The notes under the pieces: model-generated | The model's input: only the letters and a program-made list of their open reading frames with translations | Told to the model about the DNA's origin: nothing | Databases searched by the model: none | NCBI GenBank assembly: GCA_039815285.1 | Contig: JBCBZP010000021.1 | Span: forward strand, 1 to 47,287 | DNA: 47,287 nt | From: Planctomycetota bacterium | Lineage (GTDB): Bacteria; Planctomycetota; Phycisphaerae; Phycisphaerales; UBA1924 | Direction: 5' to 3' | Position numbers and translations under genes: made by a program | Shown: piece after piece, positions 22,065-30,453 of the stretch | How positions within the stretch are numbered: position 1 is the stretch's first letter | How the letters are laid out: every line of letters begins with the position of its first letter

Positions 22065-22080
22065 CTCGTCGACACCCACC

Positions 22081-23526
22081 GTGGGCCGCCCGGCTACAAC
22101 TCTTCCCGTGCCGGCCGCCGCGTCATCACCCCCCGCTGTTCGTCTGACCCCGCCGACCACGGGCCCGCTGCGGCCGCGACCCGTACCCATCGATCCGCGC
22201 GTCCGCCGGTTCCGCCAGCAGCTCGGCCTGCCGACCGACCACGCGATCGTCATGGCGGGGCACCAGGCGGGCCTCTGGCACCCGGGGATCCTGTCGAAAC
22301 GCTTCGCGATTGAGGCGATCGCCGCCCAGCAGGGAGACCAGCAGGGGGAACAACAGGGAGAACAGCACCGGGCCCAGCCCGCGTGGCTCGTGGTCGATCA
22401 GGACGACAACGACCCCGGCGAGATCGCGTTTCCCACCAAGACGGACGGCCGCTGGCGGCGGGTGTCGACGACCCTCCGGCCCAAACGCGACCGGCCGCCC
22501 CCCGGCACACCGACGGGCGGCGCGCCCGCCTTCAAGCCCCGGCCCGTCGAGCGGCTCGAACCCACGACCGAAACAGGTGTGCGCCACGCTCTGTTCGCAG
22601 CACACGACGCGCTGGCCGCCCACGCCGACGCCCCGACCGCCGCGCAGCAGGCCGCCCGTGCCGTCGACGACCTGCTCGGCGACCGAATGCCCTGCGTGAC
22701 CGCGACCGAACTGTCCGAGACCGAGCTGTTCCGGTCCGTCGTCGCCGATATCGCAGACCAGCCAGACTCCTGCCGCGACGCGTTCAACCACGCGGTCTCG
22801 CAGCACCCCCGGTCCGGCCTCCGCCCGCTCCGCGAAGGCGAACTCCCGCTCTGGCGCGTCGCCGACACCGGCCCGCGGCGCTCGGCCAACACGCGCGACG
22901 ACGTCGGCGGGAATCACGCGGACACCGGCGTCCTTCCTCGCGGCATCCTCATGACGCTGCTCGCGCGCCTCGCCGGCTGCGACCTGTTCCTGCACGGCAC
23001 GGGCGGGCTCGCCTACGAGCCGGCCGCCGACGCGTGGCTCGAGCTCTGGCGGCCCGCGTCGCTCGAAGGGATCACCCCCGCGCCCTTCGCGGGCATCACC
23101 GCCGACCTGCGCCTACCGCTCTCGCCCGAAGGCGTGCCGACCGCGGCCGATGCCGCCCGAGCCCACTGGCTCGCCCACGCGAGCGCCCACTCGCCCGCGC
23201 TGCTCGGCGACGACGACGCCGAGCAAGAGAAGCAGCGACTCCTCAAAGAGATCGGTTCGCTGCCGAGGCGCCACCCCGGCCGCGCCGCCGCGTACGTCGC
23301 TCTGCACGAGCTGCTCGCCGCCACGCGCCACAACCACGACGCCGAGCTGCAAGCGGTCCGCGATCGAGCCGAGCGCATGCACGACGCGTACCGCGACCGC
23401 GACGTGCTCTCGGCGCGAGACTGGCCGTTCGTGTTCTACAGCACCGAAGCCCTCGGAGGCCTGCGCGCCGCCGTCGAAGCCATGGTCGAAGCGGCGGTCC
23501 GTTCCCACACCGAGGACGCGTCGTGA
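22081..23526 (+). CDS. hypothetical protein, possibly BshC-family (bacillithiol biosynthesis cysteine-adding enzyme-like)
   Basis: Coding-like 481-aa frame. Motif VMAGHQAGLWHPGILSKRFAIEAIA resembles the BshC N-terminal GGQQAGLLTGPLYTIHKI block, and WLVVDQDDNDPGEIAF resembles the BshC WVAGEDHDLDEI block. The family call is weak. GTG start. Confidence 0.35.
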   Translation: MGRPATTLPVPAAASSPPAVRLTPPTTGPLRPRPVPIDPRVRRFRQQLGLPTDHAIVMAGHQAGLWHPGILSKRFAIEAIAAQQGDQQGEQQGEQHRAQPAWLVVDQDDNDPGEIAFPTKTDGRWRRVSTTLRPKRDRPPPGTPTGGAPAFKPRPVERLEPTTETGVRHALFAAHDALAAHADAPTAAQQAARAVDDLLGDRMPCVTATELSETELFRSVVADIADQPDSCRDAFNHAVSQHPRSGLRPLREGELPLWRVADTGPRRSANTRDDVGGNHADTGVLPRGILMTLLARLAGCDLFLHGTGGLAYEPAADAWLELWRPASLEGITPAPFAGITADLRLPLSPEGVPTAADAARAHWLAHASAHSPALLGDDDAEQEKQRLLKEIGSLPRRHPGRAAAYVALHELLAATRHNHDAELQAVRDRAERMHDAYRDRDVLSARDWPFVFYSTEALGGLRAAVEAMVEAAVRSHTEDAS

Positions 23527-24353
23527 TCCGCCGCGGGGCGATCGTTCTGATCGCGTGTGTGTGTGTGCTCGCGGCGGTGCTCGGCGCGTGCTCGGAGCAC
23601 CGCGTCGAAGCCGCCGAGCCCGAAGACGCCGGCCCGCGGATCGCCGTGCTCTCGCCGGCGCTCGCGCTCACGCTCCGCGAGCTCGGGCTCGAGGACCGCA
23701 TCGTCGCGCGGCACGCGTGGGACTCGCTCACGCCGGCGTCGGTCCCGGCCGCGGGCGATCAGGCCGCGATCGACTACGAAACACTGCTCGACGTGCGCCC
23801 GACGCACGTCCTCGTCGAGTGGGGGCAGCGCGACCTGCCCGACAAGCTCGTCGAGCTCGCCGAAGCGCGGGCCTGGCGGCTCTCCGACCACCGAACACTC
23901 ACGCTCGACGACATCGCGCGGACGACGCGCGAGCTGGCCGAGCAGTTCGGCGTGACGACCGTCCTGCCCCAGCGCCTCGAAGACGCGTGGGCGCCGCGGC
24001 CGAGCGTCGACGCCGGCCCGGTCCTGCTGCTGATCCAGACCACGCCCGAGATCGCCGCCCTCGGGCCGGGCAGCGCCCACCACCAGATCCTCACCCGACT
24101 CGGCCACACGCCGGCGCTCGAAGACGGTTCGCCCTACCAGGTGCTGCTCGCCGAGGACGTGCTCGAACTCGACCCCGCGCACATCGTCCTGATCCGCCCG
24201 GGCTCCCCGCCCGAGGAGGTCCGACTCGGCCCGATCGGCGCGCTCGGTTTGCGGGCGCGCGTGCACACGCTGACCGACCCGGCCGACCTCGTTTCGGGCC
24301 CGAACCTGCTGGGGTTCACGGATCGGCTCAGCGCGGCGCTCGCCGCCGAGTGA
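23523..24353 (+). CDS. periplasmic binding lipoprotein, BtuF/FhuD-like (cobalamin/siderophore ABC substrate-binding fold)
   Basis: GTG 23523 overlaps the upstream stop (GTGA). Lipoprotein signal MIRRGAIVLIACVCVLAAVLGAC. Motifs RIAVLSPALALTLRELGLEDRIVA and DYETLLDVRPTHVLV are typical of TroA-like class III binding proteins. Confidence 0.65.
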   Translation: MIRRGAIVLIACVCVLAAVLGACSEHRVEAAEPEDAGPRIAVLSPALALTLRELGLEDRIVARHAWDSLTPASVPAAGDQAAIDYETLLDVRPTHVLVEWGQRDLPDKLVELAEARAWRLSDHRTLTLDDIARTTRELAEQFGVTTVLPQRLEDAWAPRPSVDAGPVLLLIQTTPEIAALGPGSAHHQILTRLGHTPALEDGSPYQVLLAEDVLELDPAHIVLIRPGSPPEEVRLGPIGALGLRARVHTLTDPADLVSGPNLLGFTDRLSAALAAE

Positions 24354-24373
24354 CCGCACCCTACGCTCGACGC

Positions 24374-26284
24374 ATGAGCCCGCAGCCCGCCAACTCGAAC
24401 CCGGTCGACCAACTCAGAGCCCGCTTCGCCGACGCGATCGTCCGCGCGTACCCCGAGCAGTTCGACGACCCCTCGACGGTCGACCCGCTCATCGCGCCCG
24501 CGAAGAACCCCGAGCACGGCGACTTCCAGTCCAACGCCGCGATGGGGCTCGCCAAGCGCGTGAAGCGCAAGCCGATCGACGTCGCGAAGGCGATCATCGA
24601 GCACGCCGAGATCGGCGACATCGCCGAGCCGCTGTCGGAAGCGTCGATCGCCGGGCCGGGCTTCATCAACGTCCGCCTGCGGAGCGACGCGCTCGCCGCG
24701 ATGCTCGAGGCGATCGACACGCCCGCGCTCGGCATCCCCGCGCCGAACACACCCGAGACCGTCGTCGTCGATCTCTGCGGCGTCAACCTCGCCAAGCAGA
24801 TGCACGTCGGCCACCTCCGCGCGACCGTCGTCGGCGACGCGATCGCCCGCACGCTCGAAGCGCTCGGCCACACCGTTGTCCGCCAGAACCACGTCGGCGA
24901 CTGGGGCCTGCCGATCGCGATGGTCACGGACGCGCTGATGCGCGAGGCGGCCGCCGGCACCGTCTCGCTCGACGACCTGACGCTCGACACGCTGGACGCG
25001 CTGTACCGCCGGGCGCAGGCCGACTGCAAGGCCGACACCCGCGGCCTCGACGCGGCCCGGACCCGATGCGTCGGGTGGGACCACCCAAAGGCCCTCGCCG
25101 AGCTCGAGACCCAGGTCGAGTTCGCCCAGCAGCGGCTGGCCCAAGCGAAGAGCACGCTCGTACGGCTGCAGTCGGGCGACGCCGAGGTCGTCGCGGTGTG
25201 GCAGCGGATCTACGACGTGACGATGGCCGCGTGCCTCGACACCTGCCGCCGGCTCCACGCGACCGTGACCGCCGAAGCGACCGCGGGCGAGAGCACGTAC
25301 CGCGACGAGCTGGCCGGCGTCGTCGACGACCTGGTCTCCCGCGGCGTCGCCAAGGAAGACGACGGCGCCCTCATCGTCGAGAACGCCGACGAGAAGAACA
25401 AGCCCTTCGAGCCGACGCTCATCCGCAAATCCGACGGCGGCTTCCTCTACGCCACCACCGACCTCGCCGGGATCCGGCGACGCGTGCAGACGCTCGGCGC
25501 CGACCGCGCGGCGTACGCCGTCGACGCCCGGCAGGCGCTGCACTTCAAGCAGGTCTTCGCCTCGGCCCACAAGGCGGGGTACACCAGCAAGCCCGACGGC
25601 ACGCGGGCTCGGCTCCAGCACGCCGCGTTCGGCATGGTCCTCGGCGAAGACGGCCGGCCGTTCAAGACCCGGTCGGGCGAGAACGTACGCCTCGCCTCGC
25701 TCATCGACGAGGCGGTCGACCGCGCCACCGCGCTCGTCGAAGAACGCTCGGCCGACCTCGCCGAGGCCGACCGGAAGCGGGTCGCCGAGGCCGTCGCGAT
25801 CGCCGCGGTCAAGTACGCCGACCTCTCGTCGGAGCGGTCGAAGGACTACGTGTTCAGCTTCGACCGCATGGTCAGCTTCCAGGGGAACACCGGCCCCTAC
25901 CTGCTGTACGCGCTGACGCGCATCAAGAGCATGTTCAAGAAGGCGGGCCTCGCCGACCCGACGGTCGAGCCCGAGTCGGCGCCGTCGACCGAGACGCCCG
26001 CGGGCCCGTTCGCGATCGAGGCGCCCGAAGAGAAGACGCTCGCGCTGCTGCTGCTCGACTACGCGCCGATGCTCGCGGGCGTGGGCGAGTCGCTCGAGCC
26101 GCACCGCACCTGCCAGTATCTCTATGACCTGGCGGGCGCGTTCAGCCGGTTCTACGAGCGTTGCCCCGTGCTCAAGGCCGAGGGAGCCACGCGCGACAGC
26201 CGTCTGCGTCTCGCGTCGCTGACCGCACGCACCCTGCGGCACGGGCTCGACACGCTGGGCATCGGCGCCGTCGACCGCATGTAA
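24374..26284 (+). CDS. argS: arginyl-tRNA synthetase
   Basis: N-terminal add-1 domain, class I HIGH motif (NLAKQMHVGHLRATVVGD), catalytic core and C-terminal DALR anticodon-binding domain (..LAGAFSRFYERCPVLKAEG...). Confidence 0.9.
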   Translation: MSPQPANSNPVDQLRARFADAIVRAYPEQFDDPSTVDPLIAPAKNPEHGDFQSNAAMGLAKRVKRKPIDVAKAIIEHAEIGDIAEPLSEASIAGPGFINVRLRSDALAAMLEAIDTPALGIPAPNTPETVVVDLCGVNLAKQMHVGHLRATVVGDAIARTLEALGHTVVRQNHVGDWGLPIAMVTDALMREAAAGTVSLDDLTLDTLDALYRRAQADCKADTRGLDAARTRCVGWDHPKALAELETQVEFAQQRLAQAKSTLVRLQSGDAEVVAVWQRIYDVTMAACLDTCRRLHATVTAEATAGESTYRDELAGVVDDLVSRGVAKEDDGALIVENADEKNKPFEPTLIRKSDGGFLYATTDLAGIRRRVQTLGADRAAYAVDARQALHFKQVFASAHKAGYTSKPDGTRARLQHAAFGMVLGEDGRPFKTRSGENVRLASLIDEAVDRATALVEERSADLAEADRKRVAEAVAIAAVKYADLSSERSKDYVFSFDRMVSFQGNTGPYLLYALTRIKSMFKKAGLADPTVEPESAPSTETPAGPFAIEAPEEKTLALLLLDYAPMLAGVGESLEPHRTCQYLYDLAGAFSRFYERCPVLKAEGATRDSRLRLASLTARTLRHGLDTLGIGAVDRM

Positions 26285-26326
26285 ACTGTCCGCGACTCTG
26301 AAACAGCGGCCCGCACGCCCCGGACC

Positions 26327-27676
26327 TCATGCCGCGGCGCGCGACTCGCGGTCCGAAGCGATCGACTCGAGTTCCAGAGCGATCAGATCGGCCTCGCGGG
26401 CCATCTCATCGTCGTCGCCGAGCGCCGATGCTTCGGCGCGGACCGCCGCGATCGCCTCCGCCGACACGCCGCCGCCCGACGCACGCTCGGCCGCGGCGCC
26501 CGCCAGCTCGCGGATCGACCGAAGCCCCTGCTCGGCCCGCTCGGTCGCCTGCGTCGTGCGCTCGGCGAGCTTGCGGACCTCGTCGGCGACGACCGCAAAC
26601 CCGCGGCCGTGCTCGCCCGCTCGGGCCGCCTCGATCGCGGCGTTGAGCGCGAGCAGGTTCGTCTGATCCGCGACCCCCTTGATCTCGTCGACAACATCCG
26701 CGATCGACGCGCTCTCGGACCGGAGTCGGTCGGCGACATCGTTGCCCGCGTCTTCGGATGCGGTGCTTCCGCCATCGGTGAGCGAATCGATTGCTGCGAG
26801 GAGCGACGAAGCGTCGGCCCCGACGCGCAGCCGCCGGATACGTGACGCTAAGCCAAGAACCGGTGAACGCCAGCTGTCCGTGCCCGTCTCGATGCTCATG
26901 GGAATCTCCTGCGCCTCCGGTTCGTGTGTCACCGGTTCGTGCGTCACCGCATCGGGCGGAACGTCCTTGCCGTTCCCCTCGGCTTCGGGGACGTCCGAAA
27001 CCGGAGGTTCCACTGCGTCGCTCCCCTGGGCAGACGCCCTCGGCCACGCCGACGAAACACGAGATCGGTCAGGAGTGTCTGTGGGATGCGTTCCGATGAT
27101 CGCCGGTGTGTCTTCCAACGCCAAGCTCTCCTCCAGCACAGCTTCTTCTGGGCGGGTCGCGGGCGACACCGTCCCAAGATCGGACGAAACAGCTTCGGAC
27201 GGGATAGCTTCGGACGGGATAGCTTCGGACGGGATAGCTTCGGACGGGACAACGCTGTGACTCGGATGGACCGGCCGGCGGACTGACCGCCGGCTCGCGA
27301 TACCGATCATGAGCGCGACAACCGAGAAACCAGAAACCAACCCGACGCCGATCCGAAACCCAAGTACACCGACCCGCCCGGCCACGCCGTTGACGAGCGG
27401 CTCGATCTCGCGACCCACCGTGGGCACTGACACTTCTATCGGTCCGGTAGACGCCTCCGTGTTTCTCGCAGCAATCGGCAACGTTGCTTCGATGGGCTCT
27501 GAATCTATCGCGTCGACGTCGGCCACCAACGTGCGCACCTGCAACGCGGATGCCGCATCCCACGCTCGCTTCTGAACCCACAGCGGCTCCGCCGATCGGT
27601 CAGGAGCCATCGTCACCACAGCGGGCTGCGCCTCGGCGGTCAAAGCAAACGAGATGAGCACGATCAGACTGCGCAC
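26327..27676 (-). CDS. MCP-like protein with a minimal signalling domain and internal tandem peptide repeats
   Basis: The C-terminal portion contains the MCP tip [43 protein letters not shown], identical in amino acids to the MCP at 17665-19704. The N-terminus is a signal/TM-like segment ([16 protein letters not shown]). The middle has SEAIP x3 and THEPV x2 repeats encoded by 15-bp DNA tandem repeats. The start is uncertain: the track ATG at 27757 lies inside the porin terminator hairpin, so GTG 27676 is proposed. Confidence 0.6.
   Translation of the reverse strand: MRSLIVLISFALTAEAQPAVVTMAPDRSAEPLWVQKRAWDAASALQVRTLVADVDAIDSEPIEATLPIAARNTEASTGPIEVSVPTVGREIEPLVNGVAGRVGVLGFRIGVGLVSGFSVVALMIGIASRRSVRRPVHPSHSVVPSEAIPSEAIPSEAIPSEAVSSDLGTVSPATRPEEAVLEESLALEDTPAIIGTHPTDTPDRSRVSSAWPRASAQGSDAVEPPVSDVPEAEGNGKDVPPDAVTHEPVTHEPEAQEIPMSIETGTDSWRSPVLGLASRIRRLRVGADASSLLAAIDSLTDGGSTASEDAGNDVADRLRSESASIADVVDEIKGVADQTNLLALNAAIEAARAGEHGRGFAVVADEVRKLAERTTQATERAEQGLRSIRELAGAAAERASGGGVSAEAIAAVRAEASALGDDDEMAREADLIALELESIASDRESRAAA
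27181..27250. repeat. 15-bp tandem repeat (agcttcggacgggat x4, plus a degenerate copy) inside the MCP-like gene
   Basis: Direct reading of 27181-27250. Encodes the SEAIP repeats on the minus strand. Confidence 0.9.
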
Positions 27677-27740
27677 GTTTGGATCTATCGGTCGTGCGAT
27701 CGGTTCGGATCGGTCACGGCCAGGCAACGGTGGAAGTTTG

Positions 27741-27775
27741 AAATGAAAACCGGCCACCCTATTGAGGGTGGCCGG
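27741..27775 (-). terminator. rho-independent terminator downstream of the porin gene
   Basis: On the minus strand: CCGGCCACCC-TCAATA-GGGTGGCCGG (10-bp GC-rich stem, 6-nt loop) followed by TTTTCATTT, 48 nt after the porin stop. Confidence 0.75.
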
Positions 27776-27823
27776 TCAAATGTTCTTGGGTCGACCGACG
27801 ATTCGGTCTGTCTCAGGCTGCGA

Positions 27824-29218
27824 TTAGAAGGTCAACTGGACCTGCGAACCGATGCCGACCGAGCTTTCGGTGCCGCTGGTGCCGACGCCGTAAAGGGCGC
27901 TGGCACCGCCGGTCGTGGCGGGGACACCGTTGCCGTCGACCACGCCATCAGCGAAGATCTGGATCTCGCTGGTCACGCGGAGGGCGCGGCTGTCGGCGAG
28001 CGGGTAGAAGTTGGCACCGCCGGTGATGGTGGTGAAGTCACCCGCGGCGTCGCCGACGACCGTGTCGAAGCGACCGAAGACCTCGATGTCCTCGCTGACG
28101 TAGTAGCCACCCTGGATCAGGAAGCCGACATCGCTGGTATCGACCGACACACCGCCGGGACCGAGGGCGGCACCCTCGATCTGACGGAAGTTGAATGCAC
28201 CAGCGATGTTCCAGCCGCCAGCGCTCTGGTAGGTGGCATCGACGGTGAAGAGGAAGGCGTCTTGGCTCGGGCCGTTGACGCCGTCGTCACCAAATTGGAT
28301 GTGGGCCGCACCGCCGAGGAGCAGACCAGAGTCGCCGTTGGCGCCGCTGTCGTAGCGGTCAAACTGCTCGAGCGAGCCGCTCAGGGCGTAATCGAACCGG
28401 CCAGTGACGGCGAAGTCGGAAAGGGCCGTGGTGGAGGGGACGCCGTTGGCACCCGCGGCACCAGCACCCGCCGGGCCGATCGGGCCGGAGAGCGACGTCG
28501 AGTTCACCGAGTTGCCGCCGTCGTGGAACGCGACGCGGGCACGCCAGCCGGCGCCCGTGTTGTACTCGGCCTGCACACCCTGGACGAAGCCCAGATCGAA
28601 CGCACGCGACTGGTTCGAACGCTCGATGGTCTGCTGCTGCGTCGGAGCGATGAGACGCTCGAGCAGGAACGGAGCACGGAACTGACCGGCACGAAGCGTG
28701 ATCGAGTCGGACCAGTCGTACTCGATGAACGCGTCGAGCAGACCGAAGTTGCCGTTGAAGGCACCGCCGACGCCGCCGGTACCAGCCCCAGCAAGGCCGC
28801 CGCCGCCGGCCGGGCCAACCGGGCTGTTCTCCTCACCGAAGCTGCCCTCGATGCGGTACCGCACCTCGGGGCTTCCGGCGAAGCCCTGGAACGCCAGACG
28901 CGTACGGGCGATGCCGAAGCCGAGCTCGACGCTGTCCGGAGCGGCCGCACCGGCCGGGGCCGAGTCGTCCTGGAAGTTGATGCGGTAGCGGAACTGCGTA
29001 AAGCCGTCGATGCCCAGACGGAAGTTCCCGTCGCTGGACTGAATAAAGAACTCGTCGTCGTACCCGCTCGTCCCGGCCTGCAGAAGGCTCGAACGCTCCT
29101 CGGCGTCGGCGAGAAGCTCCGCCGAGTACACACGCGAGTCGTTCGCCTGACCGAAGGCCGCGCCGGCGAGACCGAACGCCGTCCCAGCCACAATCGAAAC
29201 ACTCATCTTGCGGTTCAT
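27824..29218 (-). CDS. outer-membrane porin-like beta-barrel protein
   Basis: AGGAG lies 13 nt upstream of ATG 29218. Signal peptide MNRKMSVSIVAGTAFGLAGAAFGQ. Alternating amphipathic beta-strand pattern rich in G/Y/F/N, and a C-terminal ...QVQLTF ending in Phe, typical of OM barrels. Possibly OprO/P-like, given the adjacent PhoB/PhoR-type two-component system. Confidence 0.6.
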   Translation of the reverse strand: MNRKMSVSIVAGTAFGLAGAAFGQANDSRVYSAELLADAEERSSLLQAGTSGYDDEFFIQSSDGNFRLGIDGFTQFRYRINFQDDSAPAGAAAPDSVELGFGIARTRLAFQGFAGSPEVRYRIEGSFGEENSPVGPAGGGGLAGAGTGGVGGAFNGNFGLLDAFIEYDWSDSITLRAGQFRAPFLLERLIAPTQQQTIERSNQSRAFDLGFVQGVQAEYNTGAGWRARVAFHDGGNSVNSTSLSGPIGPAGAGAAGANGVPSTTALSDFAVTGRFDYALSGSLEQFDRYDSGANGDSGLLLGGAAHIQFGDDGVNGPSQDAFLFTVDATYQSAGGWNIAGAFNFRQIEGAALGPGGVSVDTSDVGFLIQGGYYVSEDIEVFGRFDTVVGDAAGDFTTITGGANFYPLADSRALRVTSEIQIFADGVVDGNGVPATTGGASALYGVGTSGTESSVGIGSQVQLTF

Positions 29219-29544
29219 GGTGGATACCACTCCTGCTGCCCCAGCCACTACTGAGGCTGCCTAGGGCGCTCTCTCGCTCGAGCCCTGTCCGACCCACGAG
29301 GCCGGGAACCCAAACGAGTACCAACTATTTGATCAGACCTGAGTCGCTCGACCCAGATCCACTCGCAGAAGACACGGCGCCCGGTTCCACCAAGACACCC
29401 TTCTGCTCACTGTATTCGGTCCCCTCAAACGTCCGGGAACACATTCTTGCCAACCATTACCGTGTTTCAAATCTTTACCGGTGAATTGAGGCTGACCAAT
29501 CTAGACGACTGCCTTTCGGCACGAACACGTCCATGAACCGACAA

Positions 29545-29559
29545 CCGTCGGTTCGACGG
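29545..29559. promoter_or_regulatory. 6-3-6 perfect palindrome CCGTCG-gtt-CGACGG in the porin/RR divergent region
   Basis: Read directly. Also embedded in a larger imperfect dyad, ccgacaaccgtcgg. Confidence 0.35.
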
Positions 29560-29647
29560 TCTTGAGAGATTGAAAACTATAGGACACAATTGAAAGTAGT
29601 TGCTAACCGAGCGAGCAAGTTTCACGCATGAACGACCAGAATTCCTA

Positions 29648-29666
29648 TCAAAATCCGAAATTTTGA
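29648..29666. promoter_or_regulatory. 7-5-7 perfect palindrome TCAAAAT-ccgaa-ATTTTGA upstream of the response-regulator gene
   Basis: Located 68 nt upstream of the RR start, in the AT-rich divergent intergenic region between the porin and the RR. Candidate operator. Confidence 0.4.
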
Positions 29667-29733
29667 TCAAGATCCCATCAAGCCGCCGTCAAGAGGGGCA
29701 ACAAGGCCTGCAAGTCAGTACGATTCCGTCGCA

Positions 29734-30453
29734 ATGACGTTCAACGGTGCTGACACGTCGAAACACGTTCTGATCGTAGAAGACGAGGCAGATCTCGCCG
29801 AATTGGTCCGCTACAACCTCAACGCTGCTGGCTACAAGGCCGAAATCGCGGCGGATGGCCGACAGGCCCTCGCGAGGCTCTCCGAGAGGCGGCCTGATCT
29901 CGTTGTGCTCGATGTCATGCTGCCGCACCACGACGGCATCGAAATCACGCGATTCGCGCGTACAGACTCAGTTCTCAAATCCATACCGATCATTGTACTA
30001 ACAGCCAAGGGCGCTGAAGACGATCAGGTCGCCGGGCTCAACGCCGGTGCCGATGACTACATCACGAAGCCGTTTTCGATGCAAGTGCTGCTCGCACGCA
30101 TCGACGCGTTGCTTCGTCGCGCCGAGTCACACGGCGAGCCGGCTGAAGAAGCTGTCGCCGAAACCTCATTGGGTCCCGTTCAGATCGATCCTGGAGTCCA
30201 CGAAGCGACCGTCGACGGCCGCATCCTAAAGCTCACGCTGACCGAGTTCCGCCTTCTGGCATGCCTTGTCGAGGCGCAGGGATGCGTGCTCAGCCGGAAC
30301 GATCTCATCGTCAAGGCGATCGGACCCGGGATCACCGTCACCGAGCGGACCATCGATGTTCATGTCGCCTCGATTCGCAAGAAGCTCATGCCGTACCAGG
30401 ACATCATCCTGACTGTCCGGGGTGTTGGGTACCGGATGGTTGACCCGCGGTGA
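29734..30453 (+). CDS. OmpR/PhoB-family response regulator
   Basis: Receiver domain (VLIVEDEADL...DLVVLDVMLP...LTAKG) plus winged-helix output domain (LTLTEFRLLACLVEAQGCVLSRNDLI...VDVHVASIRKKL...TVRGVGYRM). Confidence 0.9.
   Translation: MTFNGADTSKHVLIVEDEADLAELVRYNLNAAGYKAEIAADGRQALARLSERRPDLVVLDVMLPHHDGIEITRFARTDSVLKSIPIIVLTAKGAEDDQVAGLNAGADDYITKPFSMQVLLARIDALLRRAESHGEPAEEAVAETSLGPVQIDPGVHEATVDGRILKLTLTEFRLLACLVEAQGCVLSRNDLIVKAIGPGITVTERTIDVHVASIRKKLMPYQDIILTVRGVGYRMVDPR

Noticed and set aside
22126-26242. Long minus-strand ORFs (22126-22995, 23436-24359, 24134-26242, 24361-25155) antisense to the BshC-like, btuF-like and argS genes, and the plus ORFs 22383-24353 and 23150-26284 that bridge genes
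   Set aside because: argS and the binding protein are clearly in the plus frames given. The bridging ORFs are out-of-frame Arg/Pro-rich read-throughs, and the true gene starts are internal (23523 GTG, 24374 ATG).
27677-27757. Track start codon ATG 27757 for the MCP-like gene
   Set aside because: The ATG and the next codons (ATGGCCGGTTTTCATTTC) lie within the stem and T-tract of the porin terminator hairpin. A start inside the neighbour's terminator is implausible, so a downstream GTG was preferred.
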